Assembly: GCA_038496445.1 (NCBI GenBank)
Contig: JALMLS010000579.1
Span: 310,001-374,000, forward strand
Origin: Trichosphaerium sp. ATCC 40318
Taxonomy: Eukaryota; Protista; Tubulinea
Direction of reading: 5' to 3'
Length of the DNA: 64,000 nucleotides
Below are positions 53,606 through 64,000 of this stretch, piece by piece (positions within the stretch are counted from its first letter, which is position 1; each line of letters starts with the position of its first letter). The position numbers and the translations under genes are program-made. The notes beneath the pieces were generated by a model. The model made no database searches. It had not been told where the DNA came from and saw nothing but the letters and a program-made list of their open reading frames with translations.

Positions 53606-55841
53606 ATGGGAAACTACACTTACGCCATTTTACTAGCGTTTGTAGTGTACTTTTGTACTACAACGCACGCAAACGGTTCATACAACGTGCATGAAGCTAC
53701 AATAAAACGAGTACATGACGCTATACTTTCTGGCGAGAGCTGTACAAGTAAGACCGCACGTGCGCCTATTAGATTTTTTTAAACAATAGACAGGCATTGT
53801 AACAAAGCATTTGGCTCATATTGAAGCAAACGACGCACAGCAGAAAGCATACAACGCTATGACTGCCATCAACAATAACGCACTTAAGTAGGTCCCAACT
53901 TAATGATGTTGTGGTAATGTATCCACTAGGAGAGCCGCAGAATTAGATGCTCTGATAAATTCGAAGGCTACCCGTCAGAAAGGTTTGGCAGAAATGCCAC
54001 TGTTCTGTGTTCCAACAGTCGTAAAGGATAACATTAATTTTGAAGGCAAGTTTCCAAGATTATTGTCTGGCTATGTATGTGTAGCTCATTGAAATTTAAG
54101 GAATGGCAACTACAACTAGCGTTGAAGCGTTGCGTGATGTCATGCCACTCCAAACCGCACCAGTGCTTGAAGTCATGATAAGCAAAGGTCAAGTAAAATT
54201 TATGTTTTCCTATTTTTTTCTTAGCATTAACGTTCGAGCAGGAGTTGTTGTGCTTGGTAAGACAAACCTGGCTGAATTTGCCTTGTCACGACAAAACACA
54301 ATCAGGTAATACTAGTGTGGACTTTTATGATGGCAGCAAAATGCCGTTCTCACGACATTGTTTATTGATTTTACACTTTTATAGTTCTTTCGGTGGACAA
54401 ACAAAAAACGCTTATGGAACTTCAATTTATACCCCTTACGGTTCAAGTGGGGGAACAGGAACTGCAGTAACCGCAAGCTATGGTGTTCTAGGTATTGGAT
54501 CAGGTACATAGTTACTGAGTGACTGTTTAGTTGATCTAAGTGTTTAAGATTCTTCTGGTTCCATTCAAATGCCATCAAGTGCAGCTGCCATTGTGGGTAT
54601 TCGACCAACGAAAGGACTTATTTCAACAGAAGGAGTGTCGCCGCTTATGATTTTCGCTGATGTTATTGGACCTATGTGTCGTACAGTTGAAGATGTTGCA
54701 GCACTCTTCGAAGTTACTACATACGAATCTCTATTATTTTAGTTTTAACAAAGTGTAGGTAATGGTAGATGACCACTCTGACTCTGGAATTGACTATCTG
54801 GGTTATGTAAATATACATGGACTTAAGAATACTAGAATTGGTTTTGCTGTTGAGACTCTAGAGCGTGGAATACCAGATAGAGAGGTATCAACTTTATTTC
54901 CGTCACATTACAAAAATTATCTGTTTGAGTCAAGTTTTTGTTCAAACATTTATTATGGTTCATTTGCGATTCTTACCACCTTATGTAGGTTGAAGCATTG
55001 GTTAGATCATCTATTAATGCAATGGAAAAGGGAGGGGCTGAGGTTATTAATATTGAATTTATAGATGAATTTGATGTTATAGAAAGCAAAGGAAATCAAT
55101 ATTATGATAAGTGCTTCCCACCAGTACGAAATATGTTAATTCCTATTCTATTCTCACCTGCTTTCAAAAAGCAATTCTTTTACTTCTTTAACGAATATTT
55201 GGAGACGACAACCTCAAGTGATCTTAATATGCGAGATGTTTATGCTTCAGGTTAGTCAAGAAAGTTCAAAAATTAATGCTACTTTTTTATATTCGCCGAT
55301 TCGAAAGTTAGCTATTTCTCCTTTTTGTATTTTGAAAGAATGAAATGACGGTGTGCTGTGTTATATTCTCAATGGTTATGCTGATAGGTCAATTTCTGGA
55401 TTTTGTTAGACCTTGTTTGCAACGCGCTGTAGCAAGTAATGCAACAAGTGATCCAATGGGTAATGAAGATTGCAGAAACATGCTATCATTAAAAGCAGAA
55501 GCTGCCGACTTTCTCGATTTTATCATCGACAATAATAACTTGGATGCTATTGTGTTTCCTCTTGTTAATCAACCGCCTTATAGCCCTCCTGGGTGTTCTA
55601 CACCTCCTGGTATAGCACAAGTATCAATAACATTACTTACCACCTTCTTTTAGGCTACAGGCAGTTCTCTTATATTGCTCCTTTTGCAGGATTTCCAACT
55701 ATTACTTTGCCTATTGGTAACACGAACAACGATCTACCTGTTGGCTTCAACATCATGGCAAAACGATTTGAAGAGCCAGTGCTTATCAAGCTAGCATCAG
55801 GGTTAGAACATGAAATCAACGGTAGGATACCACCAAAATAA
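53606..55841 (+). CDS. secreted amidase-signature family enzyme
   Basis: Signal peptide; VHEATI, PLFCVPTVVKDNI (Lys), GKTNLAEFA, PYGSSGGTG, G/DSSGSIQMPSS (Ser-Ser), GFPTITLP, LPVG. Confidence 0.9.
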
Positions 55842-55869
55842 AAGAGTTAGTTTGATCATTGTTACAACT

Positions 55870-56500
55870 TTACATCCATCCTTGAATGATACGGACACCT
55901 GTTAATTTACATAGTAATTTATTGTTGTGACAACATAGCTTTCGGTTCACCAATATACACTGGTTACATCCAAGTGTAACTTGTAGTCTGTCTCCTACTT
56001 GCAAATTATCAAGATCTGCGCCAACTGGATTTATATCGTGCCTGTAATTGTAAAGGTTAGTTATTGGTACATCGCTGTTTGGTAAAAGGGTACCAGCAAG
56101 ACAAAGTAGGAACAGCACAGACATTGTTAATTGCAATTTCGCCATCAGGATCTATTGATACACTATGTTCAATGTAATCAACTGATCCTAATTGATCTAT
56201 TCTATCTCCGAACGGTATACATACATCAATACCGCCTGAGCTCTGGCTGAATATATCTGAGCAGCTCATTTCAAGAGTCACGATTTCTAAAGCGCAGTGC
56301 TCTGTAATGACATTATAAATAGTATCAATGTATGTAGATGTAAGCGTTGCTCTTTCTAATGAATATATATCTGGCATTACTGTGTGGCAGTTCAGTGATA
56401 AAAGCAAATGATGCAAATACAAAAAAGTGTGGACAATGCAAATACATTGCTAACACAAATAACTGTGGATTTATTGATGTAACATGTGGAAGACCAGGAG
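55870..56500 (-). pseudogene. possible frameshifted Cys-containing gene remnant
   Basis: Overlapping coding-like ORFs 56057-56422 and 55870-56145 in different frames, with no convincing intron joining them. Confidence 0.25.
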
Positions 56501-56571
56501 GAGAGAATCATAAAGGTTCTGTTGATTTTTGGTGTAGGAAACAATTTATGCAACTGTAAAAAGTTTGTACA

Positions 56572-57597
56572 CTACATCAGATAGTAGTCAAGATAAATAT
56601 CCGTGCTTGAACCATTGTCAACAATTGATTTAACACAATCACGTGTAACATTTTGGCAACAACTAACATCAATAGCATGAACACCTTTCAGCGCTTTTAT
56701 ACCCTCATCAGTAATTGGAGTATGAGACAGGTCAATTGTATGAACACCAGCCAATGCTCTAACACCATTGTCAGTGACTGATGTGTAACCAAGACCAATT
56801 GTATGTACACCAGCCAATGCTTTAACACCCTCATCTGTAATTTGGGTATGAGACAAGTCAATTGTATGAACACCAGCCAATGCTTTAATGCCTTCATCTG
56901 TAATTTGGGTATAACCAAGACCAATTGTATGTACACCAGCCAATGCTTTAACACCCTCACCTGTAATTTGGGTACGAGACAAGTTAATTGTATGAACACC
57001 AGCCAACGCTTTAACACCTTCATCTGTAATATCACAGTCAGATAAGTTAATTGTATGTACACCAGCCAATGCTGTTACACCCTCATCAGTAATTTGGGTA
57101 CGAGACAGGTCAATTCTATGAACACCAGCCAACGCTTTAACACCTTCATCTGTAATCTGTGAAGCAAACGGAATGAACAGTGTTTTAATTCCAGAGAGCT
57201 GTTTAAGATGTTCATTAGTAACTGATGTTTTGGATCGAAAGCGTATCCAATTAACAACTTTGAAGTCAGTAAAGTCTATTTTTCTAAGCTTTTTATCAAT
57301 TTGAAGTGCGTATGCACCTTGTAGGTACTGTAAATGCTTTTGTTGAATAGGAAACATGATAGCAATCTTGTGTTCTTTGATGAGATGAGGCGCTTTTTTG
57401 AATAGTTTCCGTAGATTTCTTTTCTTCTTTAACATGATAAATTTCCTATTTGCATAGCCAAGGTGCTGTTTTGCTATGTTTGAAAGTAATTTGGATACAC
57501 GCACAACGGAATGCATGGATACTATTGAAATAAACTGTAGAACGTTAACAATGACTTCTACAGGTATCTCATCAAAGAATGAGCTGTTTTTGTTCAT
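56572..57597 (-). CDS. F-box + LRR repeat protein, intronless
   Basis: FDEIPVEVIVNVLQFI...VRVSK F-box; about eight near-identical 22-aa (66-bp) repeats ITDEGVKALAGVHTIDLS. Confidence 0.9.
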   Translation of the reverse strand: MNKNSSFFDEIPVEVIVNVLQFISIVSMHSVVRVSKLLSNIAKQHLGYANRKFIMLKKKRNLRKLFKKAPHLIKEHKIAIMFPIQQKHLQYLQGAYALQIDKKLRKIDFTDFKVVNWIRFRSKTSVTNEHLKQLSGIKTLFIPFASQITDEGVKALAGVHRIDLSRTQITDEGVTALAGVHTINLSDCDITDEGVKALAGVHTINLSRTQITGEGVKALAGVHTIGLGYTQITDEGIKALAGVHTIDLSHTQITDEGVKALAGVHTIGLGYTSVTDNGVRALAGVHTIDLSHTPITDEGIKALKGVHAIDVSCCQNVTRDCVKSIVDNGSSTDIYLDYYLM

Positions 57598-58554
57598 CTC
57601 TGTAGAAACGCCAGATAATACTAAACGTGACCAAAAATCCGGTTTTACATATCACGTTTTTCAAACCGAAAAGGCACTGAAACTGGTCAAAGCGTCATGA
57701 ATACTTCCACGCATATAGATTATAATTATATACGCGATCTTTAGCTCTAGCAATAAAAAGTCGCTAGTGTGTTAATCACGTTACAATAACGTTTCTGCGG
57801 CCGAAGCAAATGTAAAAAGACTCTAAATCGCCACTGGGGCCTGTATATGCTCTGGTATAAATATATACGCGATTTTAGACGAAACAAAAGCTAAAAACCG
57901 GTACGATCACGTTTTTTGAATCGAAACCTTTAAAAACGACTTTTTATTTTTGGATAATGTTTCACTACAAAAGCGAAAATAAAAACATCTAACAGATGTT
58001 CCTACTCGTAATTAGTTTTATGAAAGGTTTTGGCCTCCGCGTTGACATTGGTCCGGGATGGGCGTCTCTTGACTGCTGTTACCTTCGTTACGGTATTTAA
58101 TCGGGTATTGAAAGATTAAACCCTGATACAGCAACATTCTACCTTAACTCAGTGGAATGGTGTTCGACAGGCGCTGTCAGGTAGGGATCTGTGTAACACA
58201 GGGACTTTGTGGCACCCTATACTGTCGCATTGGAATCAATGAACTTTTTATGGTTTCAACAAATATTCCTTTGATTTTGGACCTTTTTGCTCCAGTCTCT
58301 TTATTTCGGTCAACTGCTATATTGGCCTCTAACACACTTTCCAAAAATTATAACATTTCCAGTTTAAGTGAATAGTGGATACAATAACACGTTTTACTAC
58401 CACTGTCGTGAGACTGAGGCGGCGTCTATCTTCGTCATGTTAAAAGACATAACTGTTCGCTTGTTCTATCTGGGTGCTCGACTTATCAAAGACACATGCG
58501 CGTTAAAAACGTCAATCTTAGTCTTCCAAGTTTTTTTTGGATTTATCAAGCTCT

Positions 58555-60913
58555 ATGAGTGTCATATCACTTCTTCCACCTGAAATCGTTGCACACGTAT
58601 ACTTAGAACGTTCCTCGAATGTAGTGTGCTAAAATAAACATCTTAGGTGCTTAAATGGTTACCATACGCAGTTTTACGTTCTAAAGCATTGGTACGTTAG
58701 CATCTTTCTAAAACTGTATTTCTCTGATACATGGTTGATAATGAGTTTACATTTTTAACCGATCATCCTAAAACCAAGACGTTTCAATAGGTTTGCAGAC
58801 AGTGGAGCGAATTAACTGCACTGCCTAATGTATGGAAGAAGTCACTTTGCATTGTCTTAGGGTCGACAGTCAGCGATGGTACGCACTTATATTCAGTCAT
58901 CAAGTTTAAACAATTCTGCTGGGCTGTACTTGTCAGCTGTATCTGCGCATTGAAAAACCAAACGGTTGCTTACCTCTAGATTCACGTGTTTTGTTTTAAG
59001 TGGAGAAGATTATGAAGTCATGTCAATGTACGTGGGAGATAATGTTAGAAGCTATATTCCATCCAACAATAACATTACTGGAAAGGTTTCCACCGATAAC
59101 TCAGGTAAGCCCTTTTTTTTTCCTTTTTTTTTTCTTTCTTTTAGTACTCTGTTGACCTATGGCCTACCTTTAGATACTTTATAATTCTATTCGAAGCGAA
59201 GAAGGTATTATATGGAAAGGAGATGAAAGGATTCCAGAAATTTGTGTGAACAACATACAGGAGTTTACTTTAGATGGGCTAGTTGATCTGATTTCAAGCC
59301 CAGTAAATCTTGCTTGCAGAGAAAAATTCAAGGTAATGGAAAATTTCTATAGAACCAGCAAGTGTTACAACATTACAAGTAAGATTTCTACCAAAGTCTG
59401 TTTCTACTTAAAACTATTGAAACTGCAATGTTTTCTAGGGTTATTCTAAAAGTGGATTTAGGCAATGCAGTGTGTTTGGCTGTTGGTGCTCTTATGAATC
59501 ATCCTAAGTTTGATACAACACTTTTAGATGCCCTCATTAGAGTTTATGATAAAGATCCATACGGATTCAAAGCATACAAGTACTACACATCCCTCACAAT
59601 ACATGACTGATTCTTACCTTAGAATCGTTCAATTCTTTGGGTTTATGCTATCTAATCTCCCTCTGACTCAACATATTGCTTCAATTAATAACAACCAATG
59701 GGACCTAACAATTGACTTTAAGGATCTATTGGAACACCTAATGCCTCATCACAAATCTATTGTAATCAAAGCATTTGAAGATAGGGTCATACATTGTAAA
59801 GCTACTATGTAAGTTGCCTTTTTTTGGAAAAACAAACCATAATTTATAATATCTCAGGAATCACTACAACAGCTTTCCTGTCCACCTGTGAAACATAAGG
59901 TGAACTTGCTCCCCATGCGTAGAACAAGTTTCAAGATTGAACCAAGTAGTATCTGGGACATACCACCAAAAGAACTTGCAATAGAGCGTACTCTATGCTC
60001 TCATGAAATGTATTACATCTTTTTGCTTTTAAAACAATCCTTTTTAATTTACTAGTAGTAGCTTGTAGTGTACTCATGCGTCCTAGGTTAAAGGCAATAA
60101 ATATTGGAGATTTCTTATACGTTGACAAATTTCCTGCAGTAGAAGGAGGTATCAACGACATCTGTACTTTATCCAACGAGGTAAGCACCAGAGGCTCAGC
60201 AAAATGTGATTTTTTGATTTTTGTATTAGATTTCTGATTTTGTTTTGTATGCTGTTGTCAGTGAAAATAAGTCCCCACAGACAAGAGCTGAAAAGTTGTC
60301 ATACCTTATACAGTTTGTGGATGAGCTTATAAAACTTGGAAATACAAACGATGCAATGGCTGTAATATCTCCCATAAGAGAAATCCAACAGCGCTTACAT
60401 ACAACTTGGAGTCTTGTGCGTGAACAAAACCAATCTATCACTACAACCTTAATCCTTGGCATAGATTTCTGAATCTGATCCCATTATAAAGAAATACAAT
60501 GAGGCAAATGAATTGTTGAGTAGAGGTAGTGGTTTCCTAAGACTGAGATATTTTATGAGGTATTGTTTGGAGCAACTTTTTCTTGCTGGCATTCTTTCCT
60601 AGTTTTTTCTTACTCCCTATCATGTAGAAATCAGAGTGCTGAACGTAAACCTCAAGTGGAATACATGGGTATATTCCACACAAACCTTCAGTTTGCCATC
60701 CAAGCCACTTCAGCAACAATCACACGAAATGAAAAGACTTTTTTTACTGCTTACAGATGGTTGATAAGATTCAACGATGTTATTTCGTTCTATAACTCTC
60801 TACAGCCTCAGTACCCTTATGTGTCTATTCCATGTGTAAGAAGAATTACAAAAGGTTTAAAATCTCCACTAAGTTATGACGAATTGAGTCTAAAGCTTAC
60901 CAACCTGGAATAA
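58555..60913 (+). pseudogene. second copy of F-box-like RasGEF, disrupted
   Basis: Collinear with 47317-49685; early frameshift/stop (VVC* near 58632) and a 1-nt loss at the donor near 59808 that shifts the next exon. Confidence 0.7.
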
Positions 60914-61036
60914 CACAAAGTTGTAAACAAATATAATTAGCACTACAAAGCTGGCACATGTTTATTTGATGTTCATTAATTAAAGGATTTTAGTGGATTT
61001 TAAATACACATCTAAACTGTGTGTATAAGCTCTACT

Positions 61037-61975
61037 TTATCTTGTATTCACACCCTTACCATAAATACAGTGCCTACATAATTCGCCGTTTTCGTTCCAT
61101 TGCTTGTATTCACCATGTTTTACACCCTTTACATAATAACAACTTTCTCTTAACTGTCCATTTCTGTACCACAACGAATACTTTCCTTCCAGTTTGTGAT
61201 TCACATGACAATACTGTGCCCTTAGAACACCATTGTCGTGCCACTCGGTGGTATTTTCTTTTGGCTTATTAGTGTAATCTGTTACCATCTTTAATTGACC
61301 ATTGCCATGCCAGAACTTAACATCTTCTTCTATCTCACCATTGGCATAAATGACTTCCATCTCAAGTTGTCCATGGAAATACCATGTCTTTGCTTTACCA
61401 TCAAGCTTGCCATTAACTTTATGAAATATCCTCTCCATTTTTCCATTTTCAAACCAATACGTATTATCTCCTTCACATTCGCCATTAACATAGGAACACT
61501 TGTTACATAGTTGGCCACTGCCATGCCACATCATGTAATCTCCTTCTCGCTTATTGTTTGCATAATGACTGTGAACATATAATTTTCCATTCTCATACCA
61601 CTCCTTGTTTTCTCCCTCCTGTTTGCCATTGACAAAGTATGTTATCTGCTTCAATTGTCCATTTTCATGCAAACGTTTAAACTCTCCATGATACAGACCA
61701 TGTTTAAAATATGCTTGAAGAACAACAATACTTTGGTTTTTTGAGTTTACACTGACATTCTTTTGTTTGATCCACTTTCCATGTTTGTTTAATTCAACAT
61801 CAAACCTCGTTGTCATTGCTGTGTATTTTGACAACAGAGGCCACTTTTCATACACCTCAATGTCCATATCAATGATTTCAAGATGTAACTCAACAGGAAT
61901 GCCTAACAACTCATATTTTTGTTAGTGAGGTGTAAAAATACATATTTAGAAGAGTACTTGTTGCGATGACGTCAT
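61037..61975 (-). CDS. F-box-like + MORN-variant repeat protein (paralog of 18207-19300)
   Basis: MTSSQQ / intron / LLGIPVELHLEIIDMD...KWPLLSK...KHGKW, then WYxNGxL repeats. Confidence 0.85.
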
Positions 61976-62142
61976 TATTTGAGATTAACAAGAACTTTCT
62001 TTACTCTGTTTGTGTCTGTAGACAGCACGTGTTTATTTGTAAAATGCGTAATTCCACAACAATCAAACTAAGATGGCTTATCGACTTGACTTCATCAGAA
62101 AACTCTGCTCGTAGTTTAAACCTGCCGTGTTCGTCTTTGAAA

Positions 62143-63060
62143 ATGGCAACCAAACGCAACATAACAGTTCATCCGTCAAGCGAAGATGCTACAAACCTGT
62201 TTTCAGTGCCAATAGAGATACTTTTAAATATTATTATCTGTAATGACCTCACGTGGCAAGATTTGGCTTCATTACAACAATCAAACCAATATCTGTGCGA
62301 AATAATACGAAGTGACTCAGAATACATTTACCGACACTTGTACCATCATAAATGGGGTTCTGATATTGAAAAAATCGATTCTGCTATCCACCATAACATC
62401 GAACTAACACTGGGAAAGAAAGTATCTGAGACTTTGTATAATCTTAATGCTGTCACGTGGAAAAAAAAATATCTCAACAAACTTGTTCCGAATATCATCT
62501 CAGAGTTGAGTTGTGACACCAATCATGTTCACAAAGGACAAACAGTAACACTCACACTCACACTCGAGAATATTGGTAAAACACCAGAGAAGATACACCT
62601 CGGTCATGGAGCAAGACTTGTCAATTCTCATATCATTGAAGGTGGCAGTGTTGTCTATGTTTGGAACCCTCCAGTCAAGGATGGAAGAGTGTTTCTCAAC
62701 AATTTCAGGAAGAATCATCAAAATTATTATGGGGTGTGGAACCGTGACTGGTACAAAACATTGAACCCAGGAGATAGAAAAACTTATCAAATACCGTTAC
62801 GTTTTCAACAGGTAATTTCACAACAAGAAAGTAAATTAGCAATGGCAAGCCCCTTTTATTTACCTGTGCCCTTTGGTGCCTTATCTCTTAAAGGTAGCGT
62901 CTATGAAATTTATGTTGCCTCCTCTGAAACACCAGATGTATTTCCTCTTCAAGTATTTACCATAGTCAACACTGAAAGGGGAAACCATGATGGCCTATTT
63001 GGCCATTGTTCAATTGTTACAAGCAATGTTGTAAATCTTACAATGTACAAAACGTCCTAA
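62143..63060 (+). CDS. intronless F-box protein with beta-sandwich-like C-terminus
   Basis: LFSVPIEILLNII...DLASLQQSN...IYRHLY; later GQTVTLTLTLENIG. ATG 62143 preferred because 61966 overlaps the divergent gene start. Confidence 0.75.
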   Translation: MATKRNITVHPSSEDATNLFSVPIEILLNIIICNDLTWQDLASLQQSNQYLCEIIRSDSEYIYRHLYHHKWGSDIEKIDSAIHHNIELTLGKKVSETLYNLNAVTWKKKYLNKLVPNIISELSCDTNHVHKGQTVTLTLTLENIGKTPEKIHLGHGARLVNSHIIEGGSVVYVWNPPVKDGRVFLNNFRKNHQNYYGVWNRDWYKTLNPGDRKTYQIPLRFQQVISQQESKLAMASPFYLPVPFGALSLKGSVYEIYVASSETPDVFPLQVFTIVNTERGNHDGLFGHCSIVTSNVVNLTMYKTS

Positions 63061-63307
63061 TAAACCCGTTTTACCCTTAAACAGTTATTCCTTACTTTTA
63101 TCATATCTATTATCTATACTACCTTTGCTTCCAGTTTGTTAAAGCAAGTCAAAACACCACACCATAGAAGTTTACCCTACATTCTCATATCGCTGGTTAT
63201 TGTTCTTATACTAATTGCTAAAAGGGACTTCTTCTATCACGTGATAGACATCATATTTTAGAATAGAAAATAACTTTTTTTATTTATTTCTTTTTTTTTG
63301 GACTTCT

Positions 63308-64000
63308 TTATGAATCATCTGAACTTACATCTTCTACTTTAATCTCTGGTGTTTCTTCTTCAGTATTTGTATTAATAAGATCAGCTTGAGACATATTGAA
63401 TTTCCTCTTCAGTACAGCTATCTGCATGTACAAGTGTTGTATTGCATCGGGTATATTTTTTGGTTCATGACTTGCAGCGGACTCTATTTGTAGCTGCTTT
63501 TTCACTTCTTCTTTTATCATTTCACTGATTTTTGCACGTGATAAAGGAAGACCTGATGATTCCCTTTCAAAAAGCTTATTGATTTGAGTTAATATTTTTT
63601 TACGATGACCAACTGCTGTTATACCCATATCTCTCAGATCAGAACTTGTAAGGCTCTTAAATAACATTAGTAGGTATGTAAATACAAAAAGATTCAAGAA
63701 AAAAGAGAAGGTAGGTAGAAAATACTCACGGCAGTGTTTCGCCATCGATTTTGTGTTCAGTGAAATTCGAAACGAACTCGCCAAGATCTTTGTTCGCAAG
63801 CCATGCAGATACCTCGTACATACCCCATGCTCTAGGACCGACTTTTTCAACCTTTTCACTCTCCTCTTCACCGCTTATAGCACCATCAATATTCTTTGAT
63901 ATCTCTTTACGAAGAGCTGAAATCTCAGATAACAAACTTTCGTTACCTGACGCTCCCATTGAATCAGAAGGTACATCAAGTGACGCATCACTCTGTTCTA
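63308..64000 (-). CDS. SAM-domain protein, 5' part outside window
   Basis: WGMYEVSAWL...FTEHKIDGETLP/SLTSSDLRDMGITAVGHRKKIL. Confidence 0.85.

Noticed and set aside
57996-58332. Small spliced gene (MFLLVISFMKGFGLRVDIGPGW...)
   Set aside because: Needs a ~21-nt intron, shorter than others seen here, and has no recognisable homology.
61966-62142. N-terminal extension of the 364-aa ORF
   Set aside because: Overlaps the start of the divergent MORN gene; the F-box position favours ATG 62143.
56572-63060. Endogenous giant-virus insertion
   Set aside because: No viral hallmark genes (capsid, packaging ATPase, PolB), and intron-rich host-type genes are interleaved.

Overview
AT-rich (roughly 35% GC by eye) eukaryotic genomic DNA, gene-dense, with many short spliceosomal introns, so the ORF track mostly shows exon fragments. 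The gene content points to an amoebozoan-type protist (inference): a Roco kinase, a 5-LIM PINCH/LIM2-like protein, a class C GPCR, a receptor tyrosine kinase and RasGEFs. I reconstructed about 25 genes or pseudogenes by hand; internal exon boundaries are unverified. Best finding: a minus-strand gene (36354-40515) in which a PI3K-family helical plus kinase domain runs, within one exon, into a full PARG (poly-ADP-ribose glycohydrolase) fold with an altered catalytic signature. Immediately downstream are an RGG/CUE-like TARG1/OARD1 macrodomain gene and a 2OG-Fe(II) dioxygenase. Next to these is an ~1.06 kb segment whose inverted termini derive from tRNA-Thr(AGT) and which appears to have inserted into, and regenerated, that tRNA gene. 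Other features: many GC-AG introns, strong CACGTG enrichment, a GPCR with a bacterial PhnD/TtrS-like ectodomain, and an expansion of F-box-like genes (LRR, MORN, RasGEF). No CRISPR array or rRNA was seen.
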